DNA of 64,000 nt from Camelus dromedarius (Eukaryota): the NCBI RefSeq assembly GCF_036321535.1, contig NC_087436.1, positions 64,048,001 through 64,112,000 of the forward strand, read 5' to 3'. A program made the translations under genes and the position numbers. Each line of letters opens with the position of its first letter. Position 1 is the first letter of the stretch. Positions 37,881 through 51,160 of the stretch are shown one piece after another. The notes beneath the pieces are model-generated. The model worked only from the letters and a program-made list of their open reading frames with translations, did no database searches and was not told the DNA's origin.

Positions 37881-40800
37881 GACTTGGACTGAGAGACCTG
37901 TTTCGGACCTTTGAAATCTTCTGCAGCCAAATTGAGGTTCTTCATCTGCACTAAGAGAAAAATACCAATTTAACAAGATGATTTTAAGGATTTAATTGGT
38001 TACTATTTTGAAGTTGGCCCTGATGTGTGTGTGTGGGAGGGTGGAAGTTGGTGGGGTGTGATATTTTGCTAAGGAAATTGATAAACACCGCAAATCAGGG
38101 ATCTTTATTTTTTCAAGAGCTGATTCACAAGCACAGTGCTGAATAAAAGAGACAAATGATTAAAGAATCATAGTAAATAGTAAAGTATGATACAAAGTAC
38201 AATGCAGTGTTTCAATTTAGAATTTACAAGGACTTTGGAACCAGCCAGGGCTGTCAAGGATAACATCTTTGAAAAGAAGTAACATCCTGAACTGAGTTCT
38301 AAAAGATCGAGGATTTGCGGTGCAAAGCGTGGGGACAAAAGTATTTGAGACAGAAGGAACGATCTGAATCTAAGTGAGGACTGTTCTTTCAAACACCTGA
38401 ATGGTGGAACTTGCCCTTAGACTTCTGTGGGAGGTATAGATGCGAGGGATGATAGATTGAAGAGATAAAACAGAGATCAGGGAAGGACTTAGCAAACCAT
38501 GGTTAGAAGGTTCGACTTTCAACATTATTCCAGGTTGAAGTAATCCAGACTTACCTATGAGGGTCATCTTTAATATGAAATAGTTATGAAACTTATTATT
38601 TGTATTTTTTAGCAGTGCCAGAGATTCTGGGAAATCTGTGCTCATTCATAGCCATTGATGTGGTGTCATTTAACCATCTCTTAATTATGTAATTATAACA
38701 TGATTTTCATTCTTTTGCATTATGCATTTTATTTTATTTTTTTTTAAATAAAGGCCTTTATGAAATTCAGCATACTGAGTATTAGAATTCTGCCTGATAG
38801 GAGTAACTCTCTCAAAATTAGAAAATAAAGTTGATTTGGCCTGACTTTCCTAGGAATCACCGCTTCCCCTGTAATTGCTAATTCTATTTCATATCTGTTC
38901 CAATTTTGCCAGGAAGAGCTATTAACTTTAGCCTTGTGTTTTATATAGATGTCATTCTTTTGAAAAAATTCAGGCAGTGCTGGTTTTCACATTTACTCAA
39001 CAGTATATTAGTAATCACCACTGTCTGATCTTTGACTAAATTGGGCTGCTTCTTGCCTGGCCCTGAATTTTTAAAAAAATTTCCTTCTTGGTTTCTTTCC
39101 ATTTTCTTCTCAATTTTGGGCCCTAATTTTCTCCTAGTCATACTTGTTATATAATAGTCAATATTAAGAGTATTTTACCTTGATAGAGAAAAGAGAAAAA
39201 AAAATGAGCAGAGGACTTCTCTCTTTTCTCTAATTTTGTCCTACTTTATACAATGCCCCCTGTTCGCCAAGAACTAGAGACTTTTTGTCTTTCTTAATTT
39301 TGAACAATAAAAAATCAGTTCATTATTTTTATCCTGTGATGCACTGCCACCACTCTTAAAGACTGCTGTGACTCAACCATAAGAGGGTATGTCTTTTAAA
39401 ATACTTCTGGACAGACTGCCAGCACCTCAGCTTTCAAGTGGTAGTGCAAGGAACGCTTACTCAGTAGTGCCCAGGTGCGTTAGGAACTGTGCATATTTAG
39501 ATGAGTTTAGACTCTAGCATAAAGGTGAACATTTCATATTTGAGGTTTCTGAAAATTGTTGAATGCAATGCACTAGAGAGATAATGAATAACTAAACTAA
39601 AATGTTAGGTAAATGTAAAGTTGTTGCAAAAACAATTTATCCTCGATTTGCTTTCTGCTATATTATTTCCTAGGTATACTATATGCCATTTTGTTAACAT
39701 CATTAAATGAAAATAACAGGAATGAGATTGACAGTGTATAAAGTATTACTTACAAAAATTGAGCTTTGCAGTAAAGATACCACTAATTTTCCCAGAAAGA
39801 AGGGATTTAAAATAATTCGTTAATTCACTTTGGCATTTAAAAAAATGGGAAATTCCTAAGAGAAATAACCTGGTGATTGGGGTTTAATCCTTTTAATCTT
39901 AGCTGTAATTAAATATAAATTATAAAGCAGTTGTCTTTATAGCTAGTACAATTTTTAAAAGACTCTGGAAAAGTCTGATCTCTGAATTTCTATATGTAAT
40001 TCTAGCCCTTCATGTTGCAGGAAGGAAAAATATTTCTAAACTTTCTCATTTGGATGGAGTGTCTGTCTACTGTAAGGTGCCAGAAAAAGCCTTATATGAT
40101 ACGTGATGTGCTGCAAGTCGTGTAATGAGGCATTCAGTGCAACGTGATTAGGACTATGGTACTCCGTCATTTCAAATTCTATCCATCAAAACTTGTGGGC
40201 ACTAGTTTCTCAAACGAATCAAAAAGTTTCCAGGGCCAGGGAGACATAAGTACTGAAATACGAGAACCAAACTTGCCATAAAGTAGAGGTGACCGGCTAA
40301 GAGCAAACGTAATGTAGAGTGCATCATGATTGTGGATAAAATAGACTGTGCTTATTTATCCATTTTGAGTAGATTTTCCTCGTTTGTTCCAGGTTAATTT
40401 TGACTTTCTTTGAAACAAATGGAAATCATTTTGAGATAGACTTGTTGATATCCTTGATTATCTGTGTGGTGTCTGCATGAAAGAAAAAACAAGTAGATTT
40501 CAGGAAGCTTCCATTCTAGTTACGGATGCAATCAAACTGGCCAGTATTGGGAATCACTGCTCCATAAATCATTGTGGTTGGTTTCTAACTTTGATTTTGT
40601 TCAGGCTAATAACAAGTATTGCTCTAAAGATAATTGTTGACGGTTGCAGACACTGATTTCATTCAATTAAGCTGGTAACCTTTTTAAGAAACTGCCTGGG
40701 AGAAAGCCAAGAATTCCAGTCAACTGATTTCTAGGGGAGCTGAATTGAAATGGTCTTAGCCTAGAAAATGTTCTGTGTAGATCGCAGCTGTGTTAATTAA

Positions 40801-43800
40801 CCTGTTTCTTAAACTACCTACTCCACACAGAACTCCAAATGGGCAACATAGCAGAGGATCATGTTATCTGGATTCAGATTTTGCTCAGCATGATTATATA
40901 GTTAGAAAGACATGACAAAATATGTTTGAGACATATCGTAAGATATGAAAGATATTCTGTCTTTCTAAATCCATTAAAATTCAGATTATCCCTCTCTCCT
41001 TTTTTTCCTTTCTAAAAGTCACTGATGTGTGTATTCAGCAAAAGCAAGACCAGTGGGTATTACATACAGGTTTGCTTTCTTTACATCAAATTTCAAATCC
41101 ATAATGATAAATGCTGTGCTTGAAAGACATTGAAAACTTGGTCAAACATACTTCTTTCCTCATGAAATGCCAAATTATCAGTGGTATAATTGACCTATGA
41201 CCGTTACTGCTAGGACTGAAAATGTGTTATGTTTTGTGCTCTCCAGAATGGGAGAGGGGGAAAAAACACACACTGTTGAAAGTATACATTATATCTGGAA
41301 AAAAAGTGTTTCTTTAAATAAACAAAGCCTTTTGAGTAAGTACCAATACAAGCTAGGAAGATTCAGGTCAGAGGTCCCAGGAGGGGTGTGTGTTAATAAA
41401 GGGCATCGTATGTGCCATCGCTACAGCCAGTCATCTGTGAAGTTGTATTGTTGATCATGCTAGTAAGAGGCAATTCAAGATATGCTCACATGAATGGTCA
41501 ATAGATGTTATCTTTATACACATATATATTTGAGTGAAACTTTATTAATTGTATCAACTTGATTAATATGTTTTATATTTCTGAAAAAAATAGAATTTAC
41601 CAAAGAGCAACTTGCTAAAAACTCTTCCTATCATGGCTATGGATACTGGATTTTAGTAAGTAATAGTTCATCAGCTGCTGATGGTGTTTACTTATCATGT
41701 TCACAGTTAAAAGGGTTATTTCTAAGCTGGTTTTGATTGACTCACTTTTCCCTGGCTCTGTGGCAGGGCTGCCGTATCCCTGAGGATTCTAGGCTGTATC
41801 TTCTTCATTTTATGTCTACCTCGTGACAGTGGCAGTTATTTCCTATCTTTCTGGTCTAATAAAAGGAGGAGAGTAGTTGATAAGGTGGCTTTGAACAGCG
41901 GCAGAAGATTGTAATGGGTACAACTCTTGTTGTAAACAACTTCTAATCTCTGTGAGCAAAAGCTCTAAGTAATATAAGATTAAAAAAAAAAAGTATAACA
42001 CCAGGAGTTTTGCTAGGGGAGGAAAAAGGTAATTGTCTAAAATGGACAAGTTTTGAAATTTACTAGCCTTGAACAAGGATGAAAAGTGCTGAATCAAACT
42101 GACTTTTAAAATAAAAACAATATAACATACTGTGGAGGTCAGTCAGCTCTAGTCAGTGGGAGGTCCTGGCACACATAGGAAGATAATGTGAAAAATTAGC
42201 TTCAGGCTAAGATTTTTGACCTTCAGTACAATTTCAGTCAAAGTTAAAAGAGATTAACTTAAAATAATGAGTTTTAAAATTTGCATTTTGGAATTTGTCT
42301 TCTCCTTAGTCCTTGCAAAAAACAGATAGTGATGCACATAGATATTTGGGAAAATTATCCACAGTGGTGGGAATTTCATAAGGAATTCTGCCATATTAAC
42401 TTTTGAATATTACATCTTTTGGTCTTGATATATTTTCCAGATTCTTATTCAGGCAGTTACAATTTGGTGGCAAACTCCACAGTAATTTGTACCATTTCAG
42501 GTTATAGTTTTGTTTTTGTAGTCAGTCTGACAGTGATGTCATGTTCAGAGAGATTCTCTGGGCTTCTCCCTCATGCCTCCTCCACCTGCACAACTGTATT
42601 CTCAGGGTCTTCCTGTCCTGGACTTGACTCTCCACTTCATGGTCTTTGTGACTTGGGACTGCTTTGGACGGAGCTCCATTCTCTAGGCTTTTTCTGCACT
42701 TCACTACAATATTAACTTTTGAATGCATGTAGGGATACTTTAGAAAGATTAATTTGTACTCATACGTATTCGTAAGGCAGAATAAAAAGTTCACTCTTTT
42801 ATTTGGGGGAGATTTTGAGAGAGTAGGCATTCTAGACTCTTAAGAACATGCCATTCAATCTTAACATTTCTATTGGAAAAGGAGATTTGTCATATATTGC
42901 TTTGATTCACTCAATCCTTACTGGATGTTTTTGGACATCCTTGGACAAGAATTTATGGACAGGGAATGTTCTGCAGTGGATCCCATACTGAGATTTGTGG
43001 GACATACATTTTGATAGACTACTCTAAAAAATACAGGGATAAGGATTTTCAGGAAGTAATTTTTCTGCTCTAGTCATTCATTTTTGTAAAGTGAAAATGG
43101 TCTTATATGTCAGAAGAATCTAATCATTCCCAAAATATTTATGCCTGACTCAAACATTGTTTTGATCCAAATGATAGTAATCCAGTAATTAAAGTAAGCC
43201 ATGGACTAGTGTCAGCGCCTTTGTTCTTTAACAATAAATTCACAGGAACATTATTGTAAGGCAGTGGAGAGTTAGTGTTCAGAATTGTACATTTAGTAAT
43301 GAAAATGTGCTGGACTACTGCTAATAAATGAATTTTAATTTAGTTTGGATAGTATTTTATTATATTTTTCTAAGTATTATAATTCTGAGCTTAATTGCAA
43401 TTTTGATGTGTTGAATGCCATATTTTAAAACGTATTGAAAAGATTTCAACAGACTCCAGTTGCATGCATGAAAGCAGTTACAGTTCTAGTTGGAAAATTA
43501 AGCTTTCAACTCTATTGGAATATATTTATAATAACCTTTTCTAAAAACAAAATTAACATCTTATAAAATAAATTGCTGGCATGTGATATTTAAGAGCCAT
43601 CAACCAGTATTTATTTTCAGTAAGGGTCACAGCTGCAACTTAGCATGAATAAAAGTCTCGGCCCCCTCCTCTCCAAAAGATTTATATGTTTTAAGTAAGA
43701 GTTACACAGAGAGAGTACTTGTAATACCACTGTACCATCTCAGAGACTGGCCAACCTGAGACACCTTCCTCCTTTCTCCTGCTGCATCAGCCCTGGAGAA

Positions 43801-46139
43801 CTGAGGCGGCCCAGATTTGATTCATTTGCACTGAGAGGGTCAGTTTTCTCATCTTTCTTTTGATCGTAGCTCACCTAAAAGCTACCCTCAACATTCCATC
43901 ACAGACCAGGAAGAACATTTAAAGCGAGTTGATGTCAGCTTGGTAAATAAAGAGGCTATCCCTCTCCTAACATCACGGTTAACATCAAAAAGGATGTCTC
44001 TCCCTTTCAGGTCCTGGCTCACACAGTCTTTGAGCTACTCAATAAAAGGCAGGCTGTACATGGACTGAATCTCTGGATCTGTTTCAGTCAAGGCATCATC
44101 TGTCCCAGATCGGAATTGGGCATGGAATATTTCAGTTGTCTTCACATTTTTATTTTGATACTTTTGATTAAAGTATTGTATTTATATAATAAGCAGTGTA
44201 CCAGTATCTACAGGGTGGTGTTGAAATGCTTTTGAAAATACAGAATCTTAATCAGGTAAGCTTTGTGGAAGCATATGAGCATGCTCTTAGTCCACAGTCT
44301 TGGCAAGAGAACATCGATAACTGATTTTTAAAGTTGTGAATATGTATAATTATCGGATTGGCCAATGTGCCATTTTTTATAATCCCATGTATGATTGTTT
44401 TCTTAAAACATAGGGATTCACTTTTTAGAGAGAGTCTATAAAATTTATTTTGCTTTTGTTATGAATCCAATTTATTAACTGATCAAAATGAAAAAAAGTC
44501 TAAGTAGTTTAGGGAGAAAACGGTATGTCTTAGTAAGTTAATATTGCTTCAGTTCTTTTGAAAAGTATCTATATTTTGAGTGAACAAAGTCAGCTTCTTA
44601 GTGTAAAATCACAGGCCTAATATTTCAATTTGAAATAACTGCAGGTTTTCTCTCCTGAATTCACTTTTTTCCCTCTTTGTAGATGCAGAAAAGAGAACTT
44701 TATCTCAAGAACAGTTATCCATTTTACTTGTTGACTAACCAAATTTACATCTTCTTACTATCAGTTATGTTTTAGTCTAGGGTCTAATAAAGTGTAGAAA
44801 AATTTATTAGGCTCAGCCATTTTTGGAGGTTAGTTCTGTGGTTTAAAGAAGATTTTCAGATATCATAATTTCCTATGGAAATGCCTTATGAAATATTTAA
44901 CGTCGAGTTGCTGGCATACCTTTTTGGTGCTAATAACCTAGTCTAAAGGAAAAGAAATGGCCTTCTGTTTCATTTTATTCTAGTTATGTGCAACATATTA
45001 AAATTTGACACATATTTGGAAAAAGACATCATGTAAAATTAAGTGTTAGACCTGTAATACATCATTTATTAATTGGGCAAGACAATTTCTTGAGAAATAA
45101 ACTGCTACTATCCTATTGAAAATACGACTGAGTTTTTCAGATGGCAAAAACTATATTAATTCTTTAAAACTAAGGACATTTATTTGGGGAGCGCTCTTGG
45201 GAAAATGAATAATTATTCATTATTTGCCCTTTACGCTTAGAGCTTTAAGAGGTGAATGCTAAGTGATAGTATATCCAGTGCTTCTTGGCCATTCAGATAG
45301 TACCTTGTTCAATTAAAAATTCTTGTTAGGTCAGACATAATGGATTCTTGTTGTTACTTTAGTATTTATTCAATGAAAGGAATCAATATTTTTGTCCCCA
45401 AGGGAGCTACACTGATAAGAGACTCTGCAGTAAGTCTCTCTGGTCATTATAAACTTTTGGCTGGCAGGTGCAGTGTCTGCTGTATGACTGATTTTAATTA
45501 GAAGATCAAGGTGGAGTAAGAATTCAGATGTTCTTTTTCTCCCTTTTTAGTAGCACATATGCTTTGTTAGTGCGTTTTACATTCTCCTCCCTGTTCTCTT
45601 GTGTGTGCTCTTTTTAGAAGGGATTTCTAAAAGAGACTTGGAGAACAATAGGTCTGATTTTGAGAAATTTAACTATCATGCACTTGAACTCTGTACAGAG
45701 CCCATTTGTTTCCAGTTTGAATAGATTAAATCTTATCATGTAATATACCGACTGGTGGTACCAGATAGGTAGAGAAATAGTCATTCATCATTAGCATAGT
45801 TACCTTTGCCAAGTGTTAAATGTATCTTTGCTTAGATTTAATGAAACTGATTTGTGATTTTTTCCAAAGCATGGCATTAAATAAAGCTATAGTAAAATCT
45901 ATTTTGCTTTGCTACTTGAAGCACTTCCCAAATATGGCCGAATGCTCTATTCAAGTAATAATGTCATTTGCAGAACAAGCTGTCAGATTCGACTAGCTCT
46001 AAATTTGGCTAGAGGCATTATTTAACAAATTAAACCAAAATGCAAGTCTTTGCCGTTCCCCAGCAAAACCTTACTCAGACCATCACATTTAATCTAATAG
46101 ATGATTTATTAACTTGCCGTTTAATTCATCTGAGTAAAA

Positions 46140-46275
46140 GATTTAAATGAGATCATCAATCTGAGAACTGGCAGGAAACTTTCCAAATTACTTACTTCTG
46201 CCCCCTTGTTTTACAGATGGAGAAACTGAGACCAAGAGAAATTAAGTGGCATACCCAAAGATACATATCAAATTG
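46140..46275 (-). mobile_element. MIR/MIR3 fragment
   Basis: ttttacagatggagaaactgagaccaagagaaattaagtggcatacccaa. Confidence 0.8.
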
Positions 46276-49200
46276 CTGCCAGAAAAATGAGTTCCCCCAA
46301 CCCAGTCTTCTTTTCAAAGTATCATGTCAGAGAGACTGGTTACTATTTACAAGAAACAATAATTGTTTAAAATTTATTTATGTAAACAAGTTTGTTTTCA
46401 GATTCTGATTTACTTAGAATTCTCAGAGTACAAATAATTTAGACCTGTGCAGCTTGCAAAAACAATCACATTTAAAGGTCAGAATCTGTAAAGGTTAAAT
46501 GTTAGAGGTCCAGAAAAGATAGATACAGCCTCCAAGCTTAAGCTTAAAATTGTAAGCTCCTGAGTGCAGGGACCCTGTTCACTTTTATGTTTCTATAAAA
46601 GAAAACTTATAGGGTTAAAAATTCTTACAGAATTTTGTTACATGACTGATTTAATACCTTAGAGGGAGGAGTTTGAGAGGATTTTATATGTTGCTAGCAC
46701 CCAAATTTCCCACACCAGAATCATACTATTTGTATTACTTTTCAGTTAATATTCTTAATAAGAAAAAAATCCAAGTCTTATCTGAGATTAGACTTTCCTG
46801 GAAGCATGTATCTGTCTAATCATGAAGGTCCTAAGTATCTTGGGAGATTGGCAATTATAGTAGGTTAGATTTGCTTGTAAGATAACACTGGGTCAGAGGA
46901 AAAGTATAAAATGCAAAGGCAATTGGAGAGGTTGTCAGGAAATTAATATTATCTGAAGCGTGTTTTTACTATTGCTGCCAACAGGCAGACGAAATGTAAG
47001 AAGGCCAAGGAATGCAGAATGTCCTAAACACCTGCCATTTATGGCAGCTAATGAAGTAAGAAAGCAAGCATTTCCTTAAATATGGAGTCCAGCCCTTCTA
47101 TGCCAGAAACACCTAATTTTATTTTTATAAACTTAACTAATCAGACTTTTCTGATTAATTCCTTCATTGACCACAGTTCTGTTGAGACTTAATTTTGGAA
47201 GACTTGATGCTGGTGGGTTCCAAACTTATTTCATATTGTGCATATAGGAAATGATAATATTTGTATGGTACATTCATTCCTAGAAAACTCTGTCTCGTAA
47301 TAGACTGAGGAAATGTGTGGTTAAAGGAAACAACAGAAAGAAGTAGCAGTTACTGAGTACACCTTATATGAGAGGAATTTGAGACCTCTTAGAAAATGCT
47401 AAAGTTAAGTTTTAGTGGGTTTTTTTCCTATAAAACGAATGTTCAGGGAAATATAGCTAAGAAATAGTAGAACCAGAATTCAGATCCAGATTTTTAGAGT
47501 CCAAGTCAGGACTGTAAACTGAAATGCCTTTAGGAGCCAAGAAGGTAAAATGAAACTGAAATTTATATGTGTTGTAAATCTTTGCTCATCACTGTTGTAT
47601 TAAATGTCTAAATCCTTGCCCTTCAAAGATTTGTTGGAATTGAATGTTACCTAGTTTTTCAAATATCTCATCTCATATGAGTTTATGCTATGACATTAAG
47701 AAATATAATTACCCTAGAGCTTTTGAGGGTTCAGAATAAGTATTGTTAAAGTTTTGTTAGTTTTTCAGATATTACAATAAATGGGAAAAATTTGCAAAAT
47801 GAAATCTACCTCATGCCCCTAGCACTTTTGTGTACACGTCAGTGTAAAGTAGGTCTTTGTAGGATTGATTTTGTGGTATTTAAGGAAAAAAAAAAAGGTA
47901 AATTACTAAAGCCTGAAATGGGTAAGGCAACAGAGAAGCCTACTCCTCTTCTGAACTCTTGGCTGAAGGCAGCTGCTTCCCAGCTCACTAATTTATGGGA
48001 GAGTATTCACTGCTTTTGAGCTTCAGATTATTCAGAAGCAACATTCAAGGCCAGCCCAGAATTAATGTGTAAGTGACCTTTCCCAGAACTGGGGCAGAGG
48101 AAACCGTCACTTATCATTGGAGGAGGTAGATTTTTAGATGTCATGAACCTCTCGCGCTTCTATTTGAGCTAAATGGTGGAAGGGTTTCCTTTTCATAGAC
48201 GTTCATTTTCATTAAAGAAGGAATGAGTTCCATCTAATATAGTATAGTTCCATGTAATTCTGGGTTCTTGCTCTTCATTTGTGTAATGTTTAAGGCAAAG
48301 CAAGAGGAAAGAAAGTGATGTGTCCCTTTAACAGAGAACCTTTCTGTATATGTTACATTTACCATCATAGGTGAAAATACATTGTTTTTTAAGTGATTGA
48401 CCTTCCTGAGATCTTCAGATAACAAAATGAATTCATAATTCATAGTCAATTCCATGTAATTTGGATATTTGGGAATTATTTAGAACAACTGATTTCTCTA
48501 AGTAATGGTGTCTCGTAGGACACTATAAAACATTTTACTTTCTTAATATCAATTAGTGCTTGAGCTAAAATAGAGTTTCTATAGAGTTTCAAAAAAGTTG
48601 TGGCTTTCTGACAGTGAGGTTAAAATTTTTGTGTCTGTTTTTTGGATATCAGTGACAAACTTTTAAAATTTTAATGAAAAAAGTCAATGCTCATAAACGT
48701 AAGTATGCTCAGAAGTCATGTATTAAAATAACCAGAAAAACTGAATCTGAAAAAGGGAGAGATAGCATATCTTACATTTTTCAAACAAAATTAACATAAT
48801 TTATTGGTAAGATTAATGTTGCATTCACTTATGTAAATCAAAATCTGTGTAAACCTTGCACTTTATGTAATGAGGGCTATAGATTAGGTTTTATTTTTTG
48901 AACAACCTTTTTAAATTAAAAAAAAAATGCAGTCATGATCTTCATTAAGTAGAAATACGCCGTTCTAACATTTCCCTGGACAGCTTCAGATACACTGCGA
49001 GTGAGAATCCTGCTGTGGCCTCCACGAGGCCTCCGTAATGTATGCTAACTAAAACTAACCCTGGTTCTGTTGGTTTTTTGACATGTGTAATAGAACGAAA
49101 AGTAGGTTTTGAATGACTTTAACTGTCCATAATATTGAATTTATTTTGGTATTTTTGAGAAAAGAATCTTCATTTAAAGTTGGGGAAATTCTGTATAATC

Positions 49201-49329
49201 AAATGCCCACTGAAGAGCATTCAGATTGCTGTATACGGTGTATTCTACCTAGATAGTGAGTTGAAGATAAATAAAATGTACTTTGAACTATTATGTGGTA
49301 TTCTAGAGTGATGTGTATATATTATACTG

Positions 49330-49545
49330 TGGATTCGAATATCATACTGTCTAGATTTGCTTCTGTCCTCTACACGCTGGCTGTGTGGCTTGAAGGTCAC
49401 TTACTATTATGTGTCAATATCCTCATCAATATACAGGGATGATGATAAAAACTGCTTTTTTTTCTGGGTCAGGGGGTGCGTGGAATGAGATGGCGCATGT
49501 AAATGTTTAGTACAATTTTTGGCATAAATGTTAGCCAAAACTTAT
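49330..49545 (+). mobile_element. MIR SINE
   Basis: gctgtgtggcttgaaggtcactta...cctcatcaatatacagggatgatgat...aatgagatggcgcatgtaaa. Confidence 0.65.
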
Positions 49546-49775
49546 TGTTGTTGTTTTTAACAGAGAGTAAAGACACATGTTGACTCACTCAGGACCAGAT
49601 TTCAGCTTCCTGTGTTGAATTTATATGATTTGGAAAGGAACGTAAATATTTAAGTAAAACCACTCTCATTAGTCTGAAGCTCTCTTTTCCCAAGTATGAT
49701 ATTTGAAGGAAATTTGCCAGGTATTGCCTCTCTGCAGTTGGCAGGGACAAGTCACTGCTAAGATACCCTGTCCTG

Positions 49776-49926
49776 AGGGGGGTGGTTATAGCTTGGTGGT
49801 AGAGTGCATGCTAATCAGGCATGAGGTCCTGGGTTCAATCCCCAGTACTGCCATTAAAAAACAAATAAATAAAAATCCTAATAACTCTCCCCCCAGCCCC
49901 AGCAAAAAAAAAAAAAAAAAAAAAAA
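49776..49926 (+). mobile_element. tRNA-derived SINE, camelid vic-1-like
   Basis: ggggggtggttatagcttggtggtagagtgcatgc...gaggtcctgggttcaatccccagtac with Pol III A and B boxes, an A-rich spacer, a C-rich stretch and an A23 tail. TSD core cctgtcctg at 49767-49775 and 49930-49938. Confidence 0.9.
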
Positions 49927-51034
49927 TGTCCTGTCCTGGATTTGGAAAAAGCTAGCCTAGTGCCTTGGACTCCGTGTGAGTGGCAGGGCTGCCACTCTTG
50001 CTCCAAATGTGCCCATCCACCCAGCCATTTCTTCAGAGTCCTCCAGAGATCCTGTACTTGCTGAAAAACACGCTTGTGTGGAAAGGCCTTGTGGCATATT
50101 TTGTGGAATTGAATTACTACCATCTGTTTCTTAGTCAATGTTAAAAGACAAAGGAAAAATAAGAGGGAAGTGGTAGTAGAAAATGGAAGTGTAGTTTTAT
50201 AAAAGCTGTGGTAAAATTTTTGTTTATGACCCATCCCCCACCGTCCACCATGCGGTGCATGAGAAGAGAATGGTTTCCACACTCACTGTTTCGAATTTAC
50301 CAGTTCACAGCTGTGTATAATAAAAACATTTCGAGGTTTTAAAGAGTAGTTTCTCTGTTAACTAACATCTGTCCCCCCAAATAGAATTTGTGGTACAAGT
50401 CTTAATGGTTCTTTGTTATTTACCTAATATATATTTTAATGGGTATTTTAAAAATATTTCTTCCCACAAGGGTATCTGTTATTGGGCATAATGAGTGCCA
50501 TTTTAAGAGAAATTGAGATAAGAAATATTAATGGTCTGAAAGACTGTGAAAATTCTGACTTTTCCAATAAATAATCTGTTGTCCTCAGCAATCTCGGTTA
50601 TAATAAAGGATGCTAAAATGACCATCGTTTTATTAAAAGGTGAATCTGCATCAGCATAATAAATGAGCAAAGAATTAAGAAACCTTGAAGTGCCTATATG
50701 GCAGTATTAGAGGAAGAAGATGCTATAATTTGAATAGCTTTGGCAAGAAGAAGTTAGCTAAAGTGTGGAAGTCAGAGAAATGTTTGATGACAGAGTTCTG
50801 GCATGAGGAGTTCTTTCCTACCTTTCAACATGAAGAGTCTCTAACAGTTTAATGAGCAAATACAAAAATGATAAATGTTAACATTATTACATAAACCGCG
50901 GGAGAAACTGCCATCTCCAGTATGAAATCGAGGAGTTCTAAATTGTATCCCATTAGTGGAAGACAAGAAGGGAAAAATACGTTATGAGCCTTAAACTATG
51001 TTGGCCCCATGTTGCAGACAGCTCATTCCCCAGG

Positions 51035-51160
51035 GCACTGAATTTCCACGAGGACAGGACTCCTTACACTGTGTTTAGCAACTTATACCCCAGTGTCTAG
51101 CCTAGCTCTCTTCAGTAAATGTGCTGGATGAATGACTATATGTATTAGAATGAATGATTT
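51035..51160 (+). mobile_element. L2 LINE 3' end
   Basis: ttccacgaggacaggac...ataccccagtgtctagc...cagtaaatgtgctggatgaatga. Confidence 0.7.

Noticed and set aside
44660..44780. Strong acceptor followed by ATG (ccctctttgtAG|ATGCAG)
   Set aside because: No matching donor, early stops and no recognisable peptide.
49776..49850. tRNA gene
   Set aside because: No intact acceptor stem or oligo-T terminator, and the poly-A tail and TSD identify it as a SINE.
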